Origin: Chiloscyllium plagiosum
Taxonomy: Eukaryota
Assembly (NCBI RefSeq): GCF_004010195.1
Contig: NC_057717.1
Coordinates: forward strand, 104,096,910-104,160,909
Direction of reading: 5' to 3'
DNA: 64,000 nucleotides
Shown here piece by piece: positions 1 to 12,880 of this stretch (positions within the stretch are counted from its first letter, which is position 1; each line of letters opens with the position of its first letter). The translations under genes and the position numbers were made by a program. The notes beneath the pieces are model-generated. The model saw only the letters and a program-made list of their open reading frames with translations. It was not told the origin of the DNA and made no database searches.

Positions 1-687
1 GGGGGGGGCGGCGATACATTACCGGAGGGTTTCAGGAGTCAGCTGAGAAGAGAGGGATGGGGTAGTAGATAGGGAAAAGCACAGCAGAGATCGACCGGGG
101 GGACGCAATGGCTTTGAGGGCATTGGGTGAGGGAGGTGCGGGGGTGAGGCTTGGGTAGGTTGAGTGGGGGATGGAAGATGGAGTTGGGGGCGGTAAGATG
201 ATATTCTGCTGACAATGGAAGCAGTGGCACCTCTGAGCACTAGGGGGCTGTCTTTCCCTGTCTTTGGGTTGAGGTCTTGTCAAAGTGGAAGCATGTTTAC
301 AAGTTGGCATTTCTATCCACATCACGCACGGTGTTTGTAAATTGCCCTCTCGGTGTTTGCCAACCGATGTCCCCCCACTCCCCTTCGAGCACCTCCCACT
401 CCTCCCCGCCTCAGGGTGAGGGTCCAAGTTGTTGTATTTTCAACATCAAGGCAGCTCCATTCAACTAGCCACCCGAGCATCCTCCCTCCCCGTTGGAAAT
501 CTGGAGTGAACCCAGAGGGTGCCAGAGAGCAACTCCTCCAGGTCTGGCAGTGTCTGTGGGAAGTGAGAAGCCGAGTTCATGTCCAGTGTGACTGCAGGTG
601 GTGGGACGTGCTGATATTTAGCGTAAAAAGGATTTTTTTTTTTCCCAGCCCCCTTCAGTCCTGAGGATACATGTCAGACTTGACATC

Positions 688-912
688 GAGGCGAAAGTGA
701 GGACTGCAGATACTGGAGATCAGAGTCGAGAGAGTGGTGCTGGAAAAGCACAGCAGCTCAGGCAGCATCCGAGGAGCAGGAAAATCGATGTTACAGACAA
801 AAGTCCTTTATCAGAAATGGTCCTGATGAAGGGCTTTTGCCTGAAACATCGATTCTCCTGCTCCTCGGATGCTGCCTGAGCTGCTGTGCTTTTCCAGCAC
901 CACTCTCTCGAC
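688..912. mobile_element. Short palindromic PLE-derived element
   Basis: Inverted arms (gagtcgagagagtggtgctggaaaagcacagcag... / ...ctgctgtgcttttccagcaccactctctcgactc) with a decayed hammerhead core CTGATGA...GAAACATC; flanked by the 14-bp direct repeat TCAGACTTGACATC (674-687, 913-926). Confidence 0.8.
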
Positions 913-1087
913 TCAGACTTGACATCAGCATGACCCCTGTTCCTTTGTGCACTTATTTTGTTTTTACTGCCATGTATCTCTGTCAGTCACTATGACCGTG
1001 CTCTGTGGGAGCAAGTTCCACATTTCCACCTCTCCCACCGCCTGCTATTGACAGTGTGTCTCCTGGACTGCCTGGTGGTGCTATCAC

Positions 1088-2075
1088 TGATAGTCAGAGA
1101 GATGTACAGCACGGAAACAGACCCTTCGGTCCAACCCGTCCATGCCAACCAGATATCCCAAACTAATCTAGTCCCACCTGCCAGCACCCGGCCCATATCC
1201 CTCCAAACCCTTCCTATTCATATACCCATCCAAATACCTTTTAAATGTTGCAATTGTACCAGCCTCCACCACATCCTCTGGCAGCTTATTCCATACACTC
1301 ACCACCCTCTGTGTGAAGGAATTGCCCCTTAGGTCTCTTTTATATCTTTCCCCTCTCACCCTAAACCTATCAACTCTAGGTGTTAACTCCCTCACCCCAG
1401 GGAACAGACCTTGTCTATTTATCCTATCCATGCCTCTCATGACTTTGTAAACCTCTATAAGGTCACCCCTCAGCCTCCGACGCTCCAGGGAAAACAGCCC
1501 CAGCCTGTTCAGCCTCTCCCTGTAGCTCAGATCCTCCAACCCTGGCAACATCCTTGTAAGTCTTTTCTGAACCCTTTCAAGTTTCACAACATCTTTCCGA
1601 TAGGAAGGAGACCAGAATTGCATGCAATATTCCAACAGTAGCCTAACCAATGTCCTGTACAGTCGCAACATGACCTCCCAACTCCTGTACTCAGTACTCT
1701 GACCAATAAAGGAAAGCAAACCAAACGCCGCCTTCACTATCCTATCTACCTGCAACTTTCAAGGAGCTATGAACCTGCACTCCAAGGTCTCTATGTTCAG
1801 CAGCACTCCCTCGGACCTTGCCATTAAGTGTATAAGTCCTGCTAAGATTTGCTTTCCCAAAATGTAGCACCTTGTGTTTATCTGAATTAAACTCCATCTG
1901 CCACTTCTCAGCCCATTGGCCCATCTGGACCAGATCCTGTTGTAATCTGAGGTAACCCTCTTCGCTGTCCACTACACCTCCAATTTTGGTGTCGTCTGCA
2001 AACTCACTAACTGTACCTCTTATGCTCACATCCAAATCATTTATGTAAATGACAAAAGGTAGAGGACCCAGCACC
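1088..2075 (-). mobile_element. CR1 LINE 3' fragment (RT C-terminus and 3' UTR)
   Basis: Minus ORFs contain LGPLPFVIYINDLD...FADDTKIGG and LYRTLVRLLLEYCMQFWSP...RLRGDLIEVYK, typical of CR1 ORF2. Confidence 0.92.
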
Positions 2076-2202
2076 TCGCTGCTGATGTCACTGTGTGATG
2101 CAGAGATTGGCTTGGCTCTCAGACCTCAGTGAGATGATCCAAAATCAGGCCCCTCCTCTGGGCGAAGCAGTGTGACCTCCGAACCCCATTGCATGTCGTG
2201 GG

Positions 2203-2540
2203 TGGCGCGGTGGCTCAGTGGTTAACACTGCTGCCTCACAGTGCCAGGGTCCTGGGTTCAATTCCAGCCTCGGGTGACAGTCTGTGTGGAGTTTGCACAT
2301 TCTCCCCGTGTCTGCGTGGGTTTCCTCCGGGTGCTCCGGTTTCCTCCTAAAATTCCCTTCAGTGGATTGGCCATGAGAAATTGCCCATAGTGTTCAAGGA
2401 TGTGTAGGTTAGGTACATTAGGGGAAATGTACAGTAATAGGGATAGGGGAAGGAGTCTGGATGGGTTACTCTTCAGAGGGCCAGTGTGGACTTGTTGGGC
2501 CGAAGGGCCTGTTTCCACACTGTAGGGATTGTATGATTTG
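2203..2540 (+). mobile_element. tRNA-derived V-SINE (HE1-like)
   Basis: A/B-box head GGTGGCTCAGTGGTTA...GGTTCAATTCC, V-domain GTGTGGAGTTTGCACATTCTCCCCGTGTCTGCGTGGGTTTCCTCCGGGTGCTCCGG, CR1-like tail GGGCCGAAGGGCCTGTTTCC. Confidence 0.88.
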
Positions 2541-2609
2541 AGACGAGCTGAGAAAGGGAAGACTCCGAATTGGAAGGATCAGCTGGTCTGAGGCCACCTC
2601 GATGTGTAG

Positions 2610-3260
2610 CAGAAACAAAAATAGAAATTGCTGGAAAAGCTCAGCAGGCCTAGAAGCAGTGGTGCAGAGAAATCAGAGCTAACGTTTCAGATCCTCAGAA
2701 CTGATGGTAGCTGGGAAAATATCGGTTTATATGGGGGGATGGGGGGGTTAAACGATAGGTGGAAACAGAACCCAAAGAGAGGGAAGACCAGTTAGACAGA
2801 TAAAAGGAGTTGGTTAAGATTTGGTTGGAGGGTAAATAGTTGTTAATGGGGACTGTTAATGGCTAACAGTGGGTAGTGTGTAATGGCAGACTATGTGATA
2901 ACAAGAGAGAAAGTGAGGACTGCAGATGCTGGAGATCAGAGCTGAATTTGTCCTGGTTGGGTCCAAATTTTGTTGGTCTGAACGTAGTCCAGAGTCCGTG
3001 CGCGATCACCTTTTATCTTAGCCGGCTTGGCACACCTCCTCATTCCTGAAGAAGGGCTTATGCCCGGAACGTCGATTCTCCTGCTCCTTGGATGCTGCCT
3101 GACCTGCTGCGCTTTTCCAGCAACACATTTGCAGTACCTGATAACAAGGCCTGGTGTGTGGGATCAGGGGCTAGGAACATTGGGGAGTTCAAGCCCTCAA
3201 ATTATTAAACTCAATATTGAGTCCGGAGGATTGATGTGCAGCAGGTCTGCTTCTTAAGCA
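2610..3260 (-). mobile_element. PLE 3' remnant with a nested short PLE-derived insertion (2906-3138)
   Basis: Terminal-repeat-like start GAAATTGCTGGAAAAGCTCAGCAGG. The nested element is flanked by the 10-bp direct repeat TGATAACAAG (2896-2905, 3139-3148). Confidence 0.6.
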
Positions 3261-3451
3261 AGGAGGTAGTAGACATCCATGGATTTTGCCGCTTACAAGT
3301 TAAATTAACTGAAGTGTCTTATCCTTCATGGAATGAGAAACTGGGTGGTGGATACCGTGGTATTGAAAGATCTGACAGATGTTCACTTACAGTTGGCGGT
3401 CATTATATTCTCAGGACCCACCAGTGCCTGGCTTTGTGCGTCTAGTAGAGT

Positions 3452-3886
3452 TTAAAAATGTGTTGCTGGAAAAGCGCAGCAGGTCAGGCAGCATCCAAGG
3501 AGAAGGAGAATCGACGTTTCGGGCATGAGCCCTTCTTCAGGAATGAGGAGGGTGTGCCAAGCAGGCTAAGATAAAAGGTAGGGAGGAGGGACTTGGGGGA
3601 GGGGTGTTCGGAATGCGATAGGTGGAAGGAGGTTAAGGTGAGGGTGATAGGCNNNNNNNNNNNNNNNNNNNNNNNNNNNNNNNNNNNNNNNNNNNNNNNN
3701 NNNNNNNNNNNNNAGTTAAAGTGTTCAGCCACGGGGCTGCTTGGCACACCCTCCTCATTCCTGAAGAAGGGCTTATGCCCGAAACGTCGATTCTCCTGTT
3801 CCTTTGATGCTGCCTGACCTGCTGCGCTTTTCCAGCAACACATTTGTAAGCTCTGATCTCCAGCATCTGCAGTCCTCACTTTCTCC
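3452..3886. mobile_element. Palindromic PLE-derived element spanning an assembly gap
   Basis: Inverted terminal-repeat arms, each with CTGAAGAAGGGCT(T/C)ATGCCCGAAACGTC (3513-3540 minus; 3761-3788 plus). Confidence 0.8.
3653..3713. other. Assembly gap (61 N)
   Basis: Run of N. Confidence 1.
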
Positions 3887-4092
3887 TAGTTGCTTCTAAT
3901 AGAGTGTCATGCTTCACGCGGTCCAAGGTAAGGTGGAGTCTGAGGGGTTCAGACCTCAGGCTGTTTCCCTGGATACAGCCATGAGATAATGAGCACGTTT
4001 CTTCAAGGCACCCTGACTGTGAGACAGGGCCACACAGCAGTCACCCCCGCGGGCCTGGGGAGTGGGGGTGGTGGAGGCAGGGTGTGGTTTGA

Positions 4093-4479
<387 letters not shown>

Positions 4480-5058
4480 TAGTGCCTCCATCTCAAAACG
4501 TTACTTCACTGGAGTGTTTTCCAACTAAATTCAACACCAGGTCTTAACAGAGATGAAGGGACATGTGACCTGGAGCTTGGCCAGAGAGAGGATTTAAGGA
4601 GTATCTTAAAAAGAGGAGAGAGAGGGGTGTTAAGGAGAGATTTCTATGGTCGTCCACAAGATGGTGGCTGCTGCATTTGTTGACCTTCCGCGCTGCTGAA
4701 GCCACTGTTCTCCATGTGGTGTAGGAACACACAGTGCTGTGTGGGGGTGGGGGTGGGAGGGGGTGGGGTGGTGAGGGGGGGGGTCGGGGGGGGCGGGGGA
4801 GGAGGTGGTGAGGGGGTGAGGTGAGGGGGTATTTCAGGATTCTGACCCAGTGACACTGAAGGAACAACAGTACATTTCCACGAGAGAGGGTGGCATTCCC
4901 AATTCCATTTCTTGGAGATTTTTGATGTTATTTATTTATGGAGGTGGGGGCCTGAATTTATTGCCCGTCCCTAATTGCCCTTGAAGGTGGTGGGATGCTA
5001 GTGCAGCCCGATACTCAGCCAATAAAAGTCTCGTCTGTGGTGTGACAGTGAGATGTAG

Positions 5059-5505
<447 letters not shown>

Positions 5506-5599
5506 TAGCCAGCACTCAAGGGAGAACTCCCACCCATGTTAGGGCAGGCAGAGCCTCCATTTAACATCTCCAACAAAAGACAATAGGTCCAACAGCACA

Positions 5600-5763
5600 G
5601 CACTCCCTCCGACAGTGTGGCACTCCCTCAGCACTGACCCTCCGACAGTGTGGCACTCCCTCAGCACTGACCCTCCGACAGTGCGGCACTCCCTCAGCAC
5701 TGACCCTCTGACAGTGCGGCACTCCCTCAGCACTGACCCTCTGACAGTGCGGCACTCCCTCAG
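5600..5763 (+). repeat. 33-bp minisatellite (~5 copies) derived from a Deu-domain SINE
   Basis: Unit CAGCACTGACCCTCCGACAGTGCGGCACTCCCT, preceded by Deu-domain-like TTTAACATCTCCAACAAAAGAC. Confidence 0.85.
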
Positions 5764-6373
5764 GATCATACCAACTGTGCCTGCTCAGAGCTTCTGCTCC
5801 ATTCCTTGGAGAGAGTAGTGCTGGTGTTTGAGCACATGGCATTGTGATGTAACCGAGACTGCTATGTTCACTGAGCCATTGGTTTGTGCCTCTGGCCTTG
5901 ACCCATTCAGTCTGTGTCTAGTTTCAGAATGCTCATCATCACTGTCTGATGCAGTCAGTGTTGTACATCTGCATTCAAAACCAGAAAGCGTAGGAGAAAC
6001 GCAGCAGGTCTGGCTGCATCTGTGGAGCGAGAGAGAGAAAAACAGAATTAACTTTTCAGTTCCACTGACCCTTCCTCTGCAGAACTGGCCCCTATCCATT
6101 GAGGACTTTGGCGCTGGTGGCACTCGGAGTATCATCTCCGATTGCATGGTCCCGGTCTTGTGAATCCAAGCTCGATGGTGGGAAAGCCCATGAGTGGTGC
6201 AAAGTCCTTGACACGAAGATCAGTTCTCAGGAAGGGTCACTGGATCCGAAACATTACCTCTGTTTTTTTCTCTCTCTCTGCAAAGATGTTGCCAGACCTG
6301 CTGGGTTTCTCCAGCACTTTCTGCTTTGGTCTCTGACATTAATACTATTCTGAATCTAAGAATACGTGCTGAA

Positions 6374-7027
6374 TGAATCCCCCCCATATTGTGATAATTC
6401 CAGTACTTTTCCGGATGCACAGAAAAATACATTAAAAACATCTCCGGGTGGCTCTGTGTTCACTCCGTAAAAGAATAGTTCCCATAGACAATCAAAGTCC
6501 CTTCCAGTGAAAACAGCCAGGCCACGCTCAGACAACAACACACCAGGACTAAAGACCCTATACCCATCATGTGCAAGACTAAGGTAATTTACAAGATTCC
6601 ATGCAAAAGCTCCATGAGATACTATCTCGGACAAACAGGCAGACAACTAGTATTCCGCATCTACAAACACCAACTAGCCACTGAATGCCGTGAGCAGCTG
6701 TCCCTAGTGGCCACACACACAGATGACAAGGACCACAAACTGGACTGGGACAACACAATGATCAAAGACAGAGAGTAGCCGGAGAATTTCTAGAACCATG
6801 GCCATCATCCACGACGCTATCAACAAGCACATAGACCTAGACCCAATATACCAGCCACTACAATGAACAACCAGAAACTGCAGGACTGGAACCAAATAAA
6901 CTCCAGGTGACACAGTACAGTAGTGCCACACAGGAGCCTCCAAAGCATTGAGGATGTCACCTAGACAGGGGATAAAATGTCTGCAGATTAACTTCCCACC
7001 TCGGCGAACATACCCACAACTATGGCA
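6374..7027 (+). repeat. 654-bp segment (copy 1) containing a PLE GIY-YIG fragment
   Basis: Repeated at 7500-8153 (offset 1126). Encodes a decayed VIYKIPCK...YLGQTGR GIY-YIG motif. Confidence 0.9.
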
Positions 7028-7499
7028 ATCATCACCCGAGCAACAAACCTTCACGCAAACATTGGAAAATAAACAAAGTACTGGGGAAACTCAGCAGCTC
7101 TGGTCACATCTGCAGAGAGAGAAACAGAGTTATCATGTCATGTACAATAATATGATTCTTTGGATCTGAAGATGGCTGGAAATGATGGTGTTCATGTTGT
7201 TGACAAAGGTGCAGGAGGAACAAGTGGAACAGATGCTTAGTGCACCCTGAGCAAAATACAAAGGAAGAGAGTGCTAATGTGAATAGAGGAGAGACGTGGC
7301 TGCAAAACAGATGTTAATAATGAGTGAATAGTCAGAAATACATCAGCTTTACTGAGAGCAAATCCATGCAAACAAGACATGGGGTAGAAAAAGCTAGGGA
7401 CAGAAAACTAAGGACACCATTCATGATTTGACATTGTTGAACTTAAGTCCTGAAGACTGTAAAGTACTGAGGTGGAAAATGAATTGGTGTTCCTCCAGC

Positions 7500-8153
7500 T
7501 GAATCCCCCCCATATTGTGATAATTCCAGTACTTTTCCGGATGCACAGAAAAATACATTAAAAACATCTCCGGGTGGCTCTGTGTTCACTCCGTAAAAGA
7601 ATAGTTCCCATAGACAATCAAAGTCCCTTCCAGTGAAAACAGCCAGGCCACGCTCAGACAACAACACACCAGGACTAAAGACCCTATACCCATCATGTGC
7701 AAGACTAAGGTAATTTACAAGATTCCATGCAAAAGCTCCATGAGATACTATCTCGGACAAACAGGCAGACAACTAGTATTCCGCATCTACAAACACCAAC
7801 TAGCCACTGAATGCCGTGAGCAGCTGTCCCTAGTGGCCACACACACAGATGACAAGGACCACAAACTGGACTGGGACAACACAATGATCAAAGACAGAGA
7901 GTAGCCGGAGAATTTCTAGAACCATGGCCATCATCCACGACGCTATCAACAAGCACATAGACCTAGACCCAATATACCAGCCACTACAATGAACAACCAG
8001 AAACTGCAGGACTGCAACCAAATAAACTCCAGGTGACACAGTACAGTAGTGCCACACAGGAGCCTCCACAGTATTGAGGATGTCACCTAGACAGGGGATA
8101 AAATGTCTGCAGATTAACTTCCCACCTCGGCGAACATACCCACAACTATGGCA
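7500..8153 (+). repeat. 654-bp segment (copy 2)
   Basis: Near-identical to 6374-7027; three substitutions seen by eye, all in the 3' part. Confidence 0.9.
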
Positions 8154-8724
8154 GCCAGGCCTATTCACATGTATTGTTCTACCTTGTTTCAATTTCTCAT
8201 TGCCATGACAACGAACCCTTACTGGTCTGGTTTGAAGATATCATTTTAATGTACATGTAGATTGTCAAAGCACTGGCTGGACAATGCAATAACATGTTCA
8301 AGAGGGATTTTCAAAAGTTGATGGGATTGTTGTTTGCAGCTGTCCTGGAGAAATAATGTTGTAATATTATGGACATCACTATTATCTCTATTATACATGA
8401 GTCATTAGTAATAAACCATCACATGCAGGGATACATCCTCTGGAAACAAAAGGGACGTGTCCAAGCCTTGCACTTTGATTTATCCAGAAGCTTGGGGAAC
8501 CTTTGGTTCCTGATTGGTTGAGGTGTTGCCATGGAGAAAGCAGTCCAAATTAAGCCAACCAGTTAGCACCCTTGTTTCTCCTGTGGTTAAACTACTGCGC
8601 TGGTTTGAAATTTGGCATGTGTCCTGATGAGGGCAAGAGGAAAAGATCTAGCGACCCATCTAGTCTTTTCCAGCAATGTTCCTAATCTTTCCCAAATTCC
8701 CATCCATTTCCTTTCCTCTTTCAG

Positions 8725-8824
8725 GTTTCCGTCCAGCAATCCGAGTGGCGGCCAGGGGAGCGGTGACGGAGGGAGTGGAGGGAACTTGTATCGCGAAGAG
8801 GGGGATGACGATCTCTACAACTGA
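8725..8824 (+). CDS. vcp-like: VCP/p97-like, last coding exon (C-terminal tail with HbYX/PUB-binding end)
   Basis: Acceptor ctttcctctttcAG ending at 8724. The phase-2 junction completes Arg; translates (R)FPSSNPSGGQGSGDGGSGGNLYREEGDDDLYN*, compared with human [34 protein letters not shown]. Confidence 0.93.
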
Positions 8825-10154
8825 GCAGCGGGGTTCAGAGGTCAAAGACTTACAGGGTCATGGTCTGGGGAAGGCAGCCTTTGCACACTGCCAAGGGAAG
8901 ACCTGTTAGCTTTCACCCTCGCTGGAAAGTGACACGCTATTTGTGGATTCTGCATTCACTCCCGCTTTTTTTTTTGAACTCTGACCCCACGTTCTCAAGG
9001 CTCGGTTTTGGCAGGCATGACCCGGTACCCTGTACAGGTACACCGGGAGTAAACATGCCTGTCCTTCGCCGTGGTTACTGTGTGGGCATTGAGTGCATGC
9101 ATGTGTGGGTTTGTGTATATATAAAGGTACGTGTGTGAGTGCGAGTTCAGCCCTGTACATTATGACTGCTATCCATTCAGATGCGGGCAAGATAGCTCAG
9201 TTTTTCACAATGTGACTAAACCGAACCAAAGGCCTGGTCCCTGGAGACAGAAAAAGACCTTTTCTGCTTTATTAGGTATGAGTCAGAGAGTTATACAGCA
9301 CAGAAACAGACCCTTCGATCCAATGTGTCCATGCCGAACACAATTCCAAACCTTGTTTTACAGAGTTTGGTATTCTCGAAAGAATTTCAGTGGTCAACAT
9401 TGAGGGAAAAGCTGCGATCTGAGTTGTGTCTCTAATCCCAACATCTCATCCAGCTCGATTTCTGACCGTCTTAGAATTCATTTTGGTGGCCAGCCATGTA
9501 CTACAAACTGAAATATATTGTCTGAGACGAGGAACAGGGTGGGTGTCTGGGGGCCTGATAAAAAGGGTCTCACTCACCAACCTCGCAGACCTTCTGGGTA
9601 AAGATCAGGTATAATCTTTCTGACCTATATTTTGCTGTCTCCAATCCCAACTCCAAACCGTTCAGATTGAAAATCTTCATCCTTGTGTCCACATCCGTTC
9701 ATCCCCTTGAGAAGATCAATGTCTGTGACTTCCCTCTGCCCTACAATTGACCCTCTTGCATTGTGTCACCTTGACAGCCTCCACTGGGCCTGGGATGTGC
9801 TACTCAATAGGCCCCAGGCCTCAGTGTAAGTTAGGCCTGTCAACTGGGAGTGTGGCTAACGCTCCAACTCAGAGTGCCCCAGACTGTTTAGCAAGTTGGG
9901 CTTACAGTCCAGGCTGTAGCTGTGATGGGGACAGTGTAGGATCCACGCAACAAAAATAAGGGTTTAACTTGAACTTTCTCTGGACATGTTCTTATTTCAA
10001 AGAGATGTTGCGATGAGGACATTTGATTGGGTAAGGGAATACGTCGATGATGAACTGTGCCTTCCCGCTGGAGAACACACTGTGGAGGTGGTCATGTAAC
10101 CCCCATCTCCAGGCCTGGGTTTATGACCGTGATTCCAATCCACCTGGACAAATA

Positions 10155-10184
10155 TATCTCTTTCTGTCCCTCTCTGTGTTCCTG

Positions 10185-10215
<31 letters not shown>

Positions 10216-10440
10216 GTCTGACTCTCTGTCCGTTTCTGTCCCTCTCTGTCTGTCTCTTTGTCTCACTCTCCCCTTCTCTTTGTCATTGTCTATCTGTCCT
10301 TCCCTCTCTCCCAGCCTTTCTTTCCCTCTCTGTCTCTCTCCCTCTCTTTCCATTTCTGCTCCTCTCTGTCTTTGCCTATCTCTGTGTCTCCCTCTCTCAG
10401 TCAGTGTCACTCTCTCACACATGTACTCTCTCTCTTTCTC
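10155..10440 (+). repeat. (CT/GT)n low-complexity microsatellite
   Basis: tctctgtctctc-type tract. Confidence 0.9.
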
Positions 10441-10652
10441 TGGCGAAAGTTGTCCAAGTGCAGATTGTTGATCGAACGAGTCAGAATTGTGATGTCTGAC
10501 AGTGTGTCGCATGTTTTGCCAGATTGAGGTGGACTTTCCTATTCTGTCATAATCAGATGACGTTGTACACACTTATAAAATCTAGAAGTCACTTCCTGCT
10601 GTAACGTGTCAGAGAAAAGGAAAAGCTTATCTGCTGTGAATTTAAAATGGAC

Positions 10653-10658
10653 AATAAA
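10653..10658 (+). terminator. Candidate polyadenylation signal of the vcp-like gene
   Basis: First AATAAA I could find downstream of the stop at 8824, with ATTAAA about 25 nt later. No transcript evidence. Confidence 0.4.
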
Positions 10659-10869
10659 GGTGCTGAACTTTAATTCCATTAAAGTCTTCCAGAAACACAC
10701 CAGTCCTTCATCCCTCTCTCCGTCTCTGTGAGAGAGTCGATGGCTGTGGGAGTACAGGGGAAGCTCAGACTCTGGTCGCTAGTCTAATTCAGGCAGTGGG
10801 TCCTGATCAGTACCAGGGAGAGTATTCCAATCAAATTCAACCAACATCATCATGGCCAAATCCAATTCA

Positions 10870-12083
10870 TTTCTCTCACCTCACACACCTCTCCTCCTCC
10901 ACCCCCGTCTTTCCCCAACCGACCGACTCCCACAGCTACCGAGATTACACCTCCTCCCACCCTGCCCCCTGTAAAAACGCCATCCCATATTCCCAATTCC
11001 TCTGCCTCCGCCGCATCTGCTCCCAGGAGGACCAGTTCCAATACTGAACAACCCAGATGGCCTCCTCCTTCAAAGACCGCAAATTCCCCTCCGAAGTGGT
11101 CAACGACACTCTCCACCACATCTCCTCCACTTCCTGCACCTCCGCCCTAAACCCCGCCCCTCCAATCGCCACCAGGACAGAACCCCACTGGTCCTCACCT
11201 TCCACCCACTAACCTCCGGATACATCGTATCATCCTCCGTCATTTCCACCACCTCCAAACAGACCCCACCACCAGGGATATATTTCCTTCCCCACCCCTA
11301 TCAGCGTTCCGGAGAGACTATTCCCTCCGCGACTCCCTTGTCAGGTCCACACCCCTCACCAACCCAACCTCCACTCCTGGCACCTTCTCCTGCAACCGCA
11401 AGAAGTGCAAAACTTGCGCCCACACCTCCCCCCTCACCTCCCTCCAAGGCCCCAAGGGATCCTTCCATATCCATCACAAATTCACCTGCACCTCCATTTA
11501 CTGTATCCGTTGCACCCGATGTGGTCTCCTCTACATTGGGGAGACAGGCCACCTACTTGCGGAACGTTTCAGGGAACACCTCTGGGACACCTGCACCAAC
11601 CAACCCAACCGTCCCGTGGGTGAACACTTTAACTCCCCCTCCCACTCCGCCAAGGACATACAGGTCCTTGGCCTCCTCCATCGCCAGACAATGACCACAC
11701 GACGCCTGGAGGAAGAGCGCCTCATCTTCCGCCTAGGAACCCTCCAACCACACGGGATGAATGTAGATTTCTCCAGCTTCCTCATTTCCCCTCCCCCCAC
11801 CTTATCTCAGTCCCAACTCCCGGATTCAGCACCGCTCTCTTGACCTGCAATCTTCTTCCCAATCTCTCTGCCCCTACCCCCTCTCCGGCCTATCACCCTC
11901 ACCTCCTTCCACCTATCGTATTCCCAGTGCCCCTCCCCCAAATCCCCTCCCCCCCTACCTTTTATCTTAGCCCGCGTGGCACACCAGCCTCATTCCTGAA
12001 GAAGGGCTTAAGCCCGAAACGTCAATTCTCCTGCTCCTCGGATGCTGCCTGGCCTGCTATATTTTTCCAGCATCACATTTTTT
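10870..12083 (+). mobile_element. Penelope-like retroelement, 5'-truncated (RT C-terminus, GIY-YIG endonuclease, terminal repeat with hammerhead core)
   Basis: PTDSHSYRDYTSSHPAPCKNAIPYSQFLCLRRICS and IYCIRCTRCGLLYIGETG...FREH motifs, interrupted by stops and frameshifts. CTGAAGA-GGGCTTAAGCCC-GAAACGTC at 11996-12023. Confidence 0.9.
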
Positions 12084-12679
12084 AACAAATATTTACAAGA
12101 AACTAGAAGTTGAAGTAACTTTAGAAAGTATCCTACATTAATTTTCTTTTAAAAGTTGTACAAAGTAAAAGCTGAAACAGACTATGAAAGAGAGAACATT
12201 TTTCAACCTTTAGAATCCATGTAAACTTCCCTATCAGTCCCTATATATTTTCAACAAATCCTTTGCAAATTTATTTTTCCCCAAACTTAAAATGAGTATC
12301 TCCTGTTTATTAATGCAATTTATCTTATAGGGGATAAATAAGCCACCCTCTTAAAACACAAATGATCATTAAATAAGGATAAGGGTTTGTCAAACGTAAA
12401 TATTTGACGAGAACCAGTAAACTTTCCTTTGCAAAGTCTAGAAACTGAAAACAAAAATAAAATATTTCAGAGGTGGCAGACTGGGAAATCTTAAAATGTG
12501 TAACAAAAAATGTTTGGATGACATTTAAAAGAAATAGGAAGTTATAATATTTTGAATTTCGTCAAAACTAACCCTTTTCGTGTTTTTTTTTAAAGGAAAC
12601 ATTATTAAGTTGAATTCCTGCAGAAGCAACATTTTTCCTAGTATAGTAATGATACTGAAAATCTTGTAAAGTTTGTTTT

Positions 12680-12880
12680 GCTTACGATTGCTCGAAGCCA
12701 CGTCTGCCTGGACTCCTATCTCCGCCTTGTGTCTCCTGTTCAAATATCAACACAGGCGCGCGCTCCCGATGAGCTTCGCGGACACGCGCACCAGGCAGCT
12801 TTCAAATCAGAAAAGGCGCGCGTTACCAGGGCGACAGTGCACGCGCCCCGAACCGAACTGCCTCTCTTTCCCTCCCTCCA
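12680..12880. promoter_or_regulatory. Orphan CpG-rich promoter-like element
   Basis: Local CpG cluster (GGCGCGCG twice) in AT-rich flanks, X-box-like GTTACCAGGGCGAC at 12822-12835, CHR-like TTTGAA on the minus strand at 12801-12806, minus-strand donor GTAAGC at 12685-12680. Confidence 0.5.

Noticed and set aside
1..670. Short ORFs and possible further vcp-like exons at the window start
   Set aside because: No VCP-like peptide in any frame that I could recognise; appears intronic.
2203..2280. tRNA-like sequences with A/B boxes (also at 14.3, 18.5, 20.5, 25.3, 28.8, 30.0, 42.6 and 58.5 kb)
   Set aside because: These are SINE heads followed by a V-domain and LINE tail, not tRNA genes.
9997..10572. 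191-aa minus-strand ORF rich in R/E/Q/D
   Set aside because: It is open mainly because of the CT microsatellite, starts at GTG straight after a stop, and has no recognisable domain.
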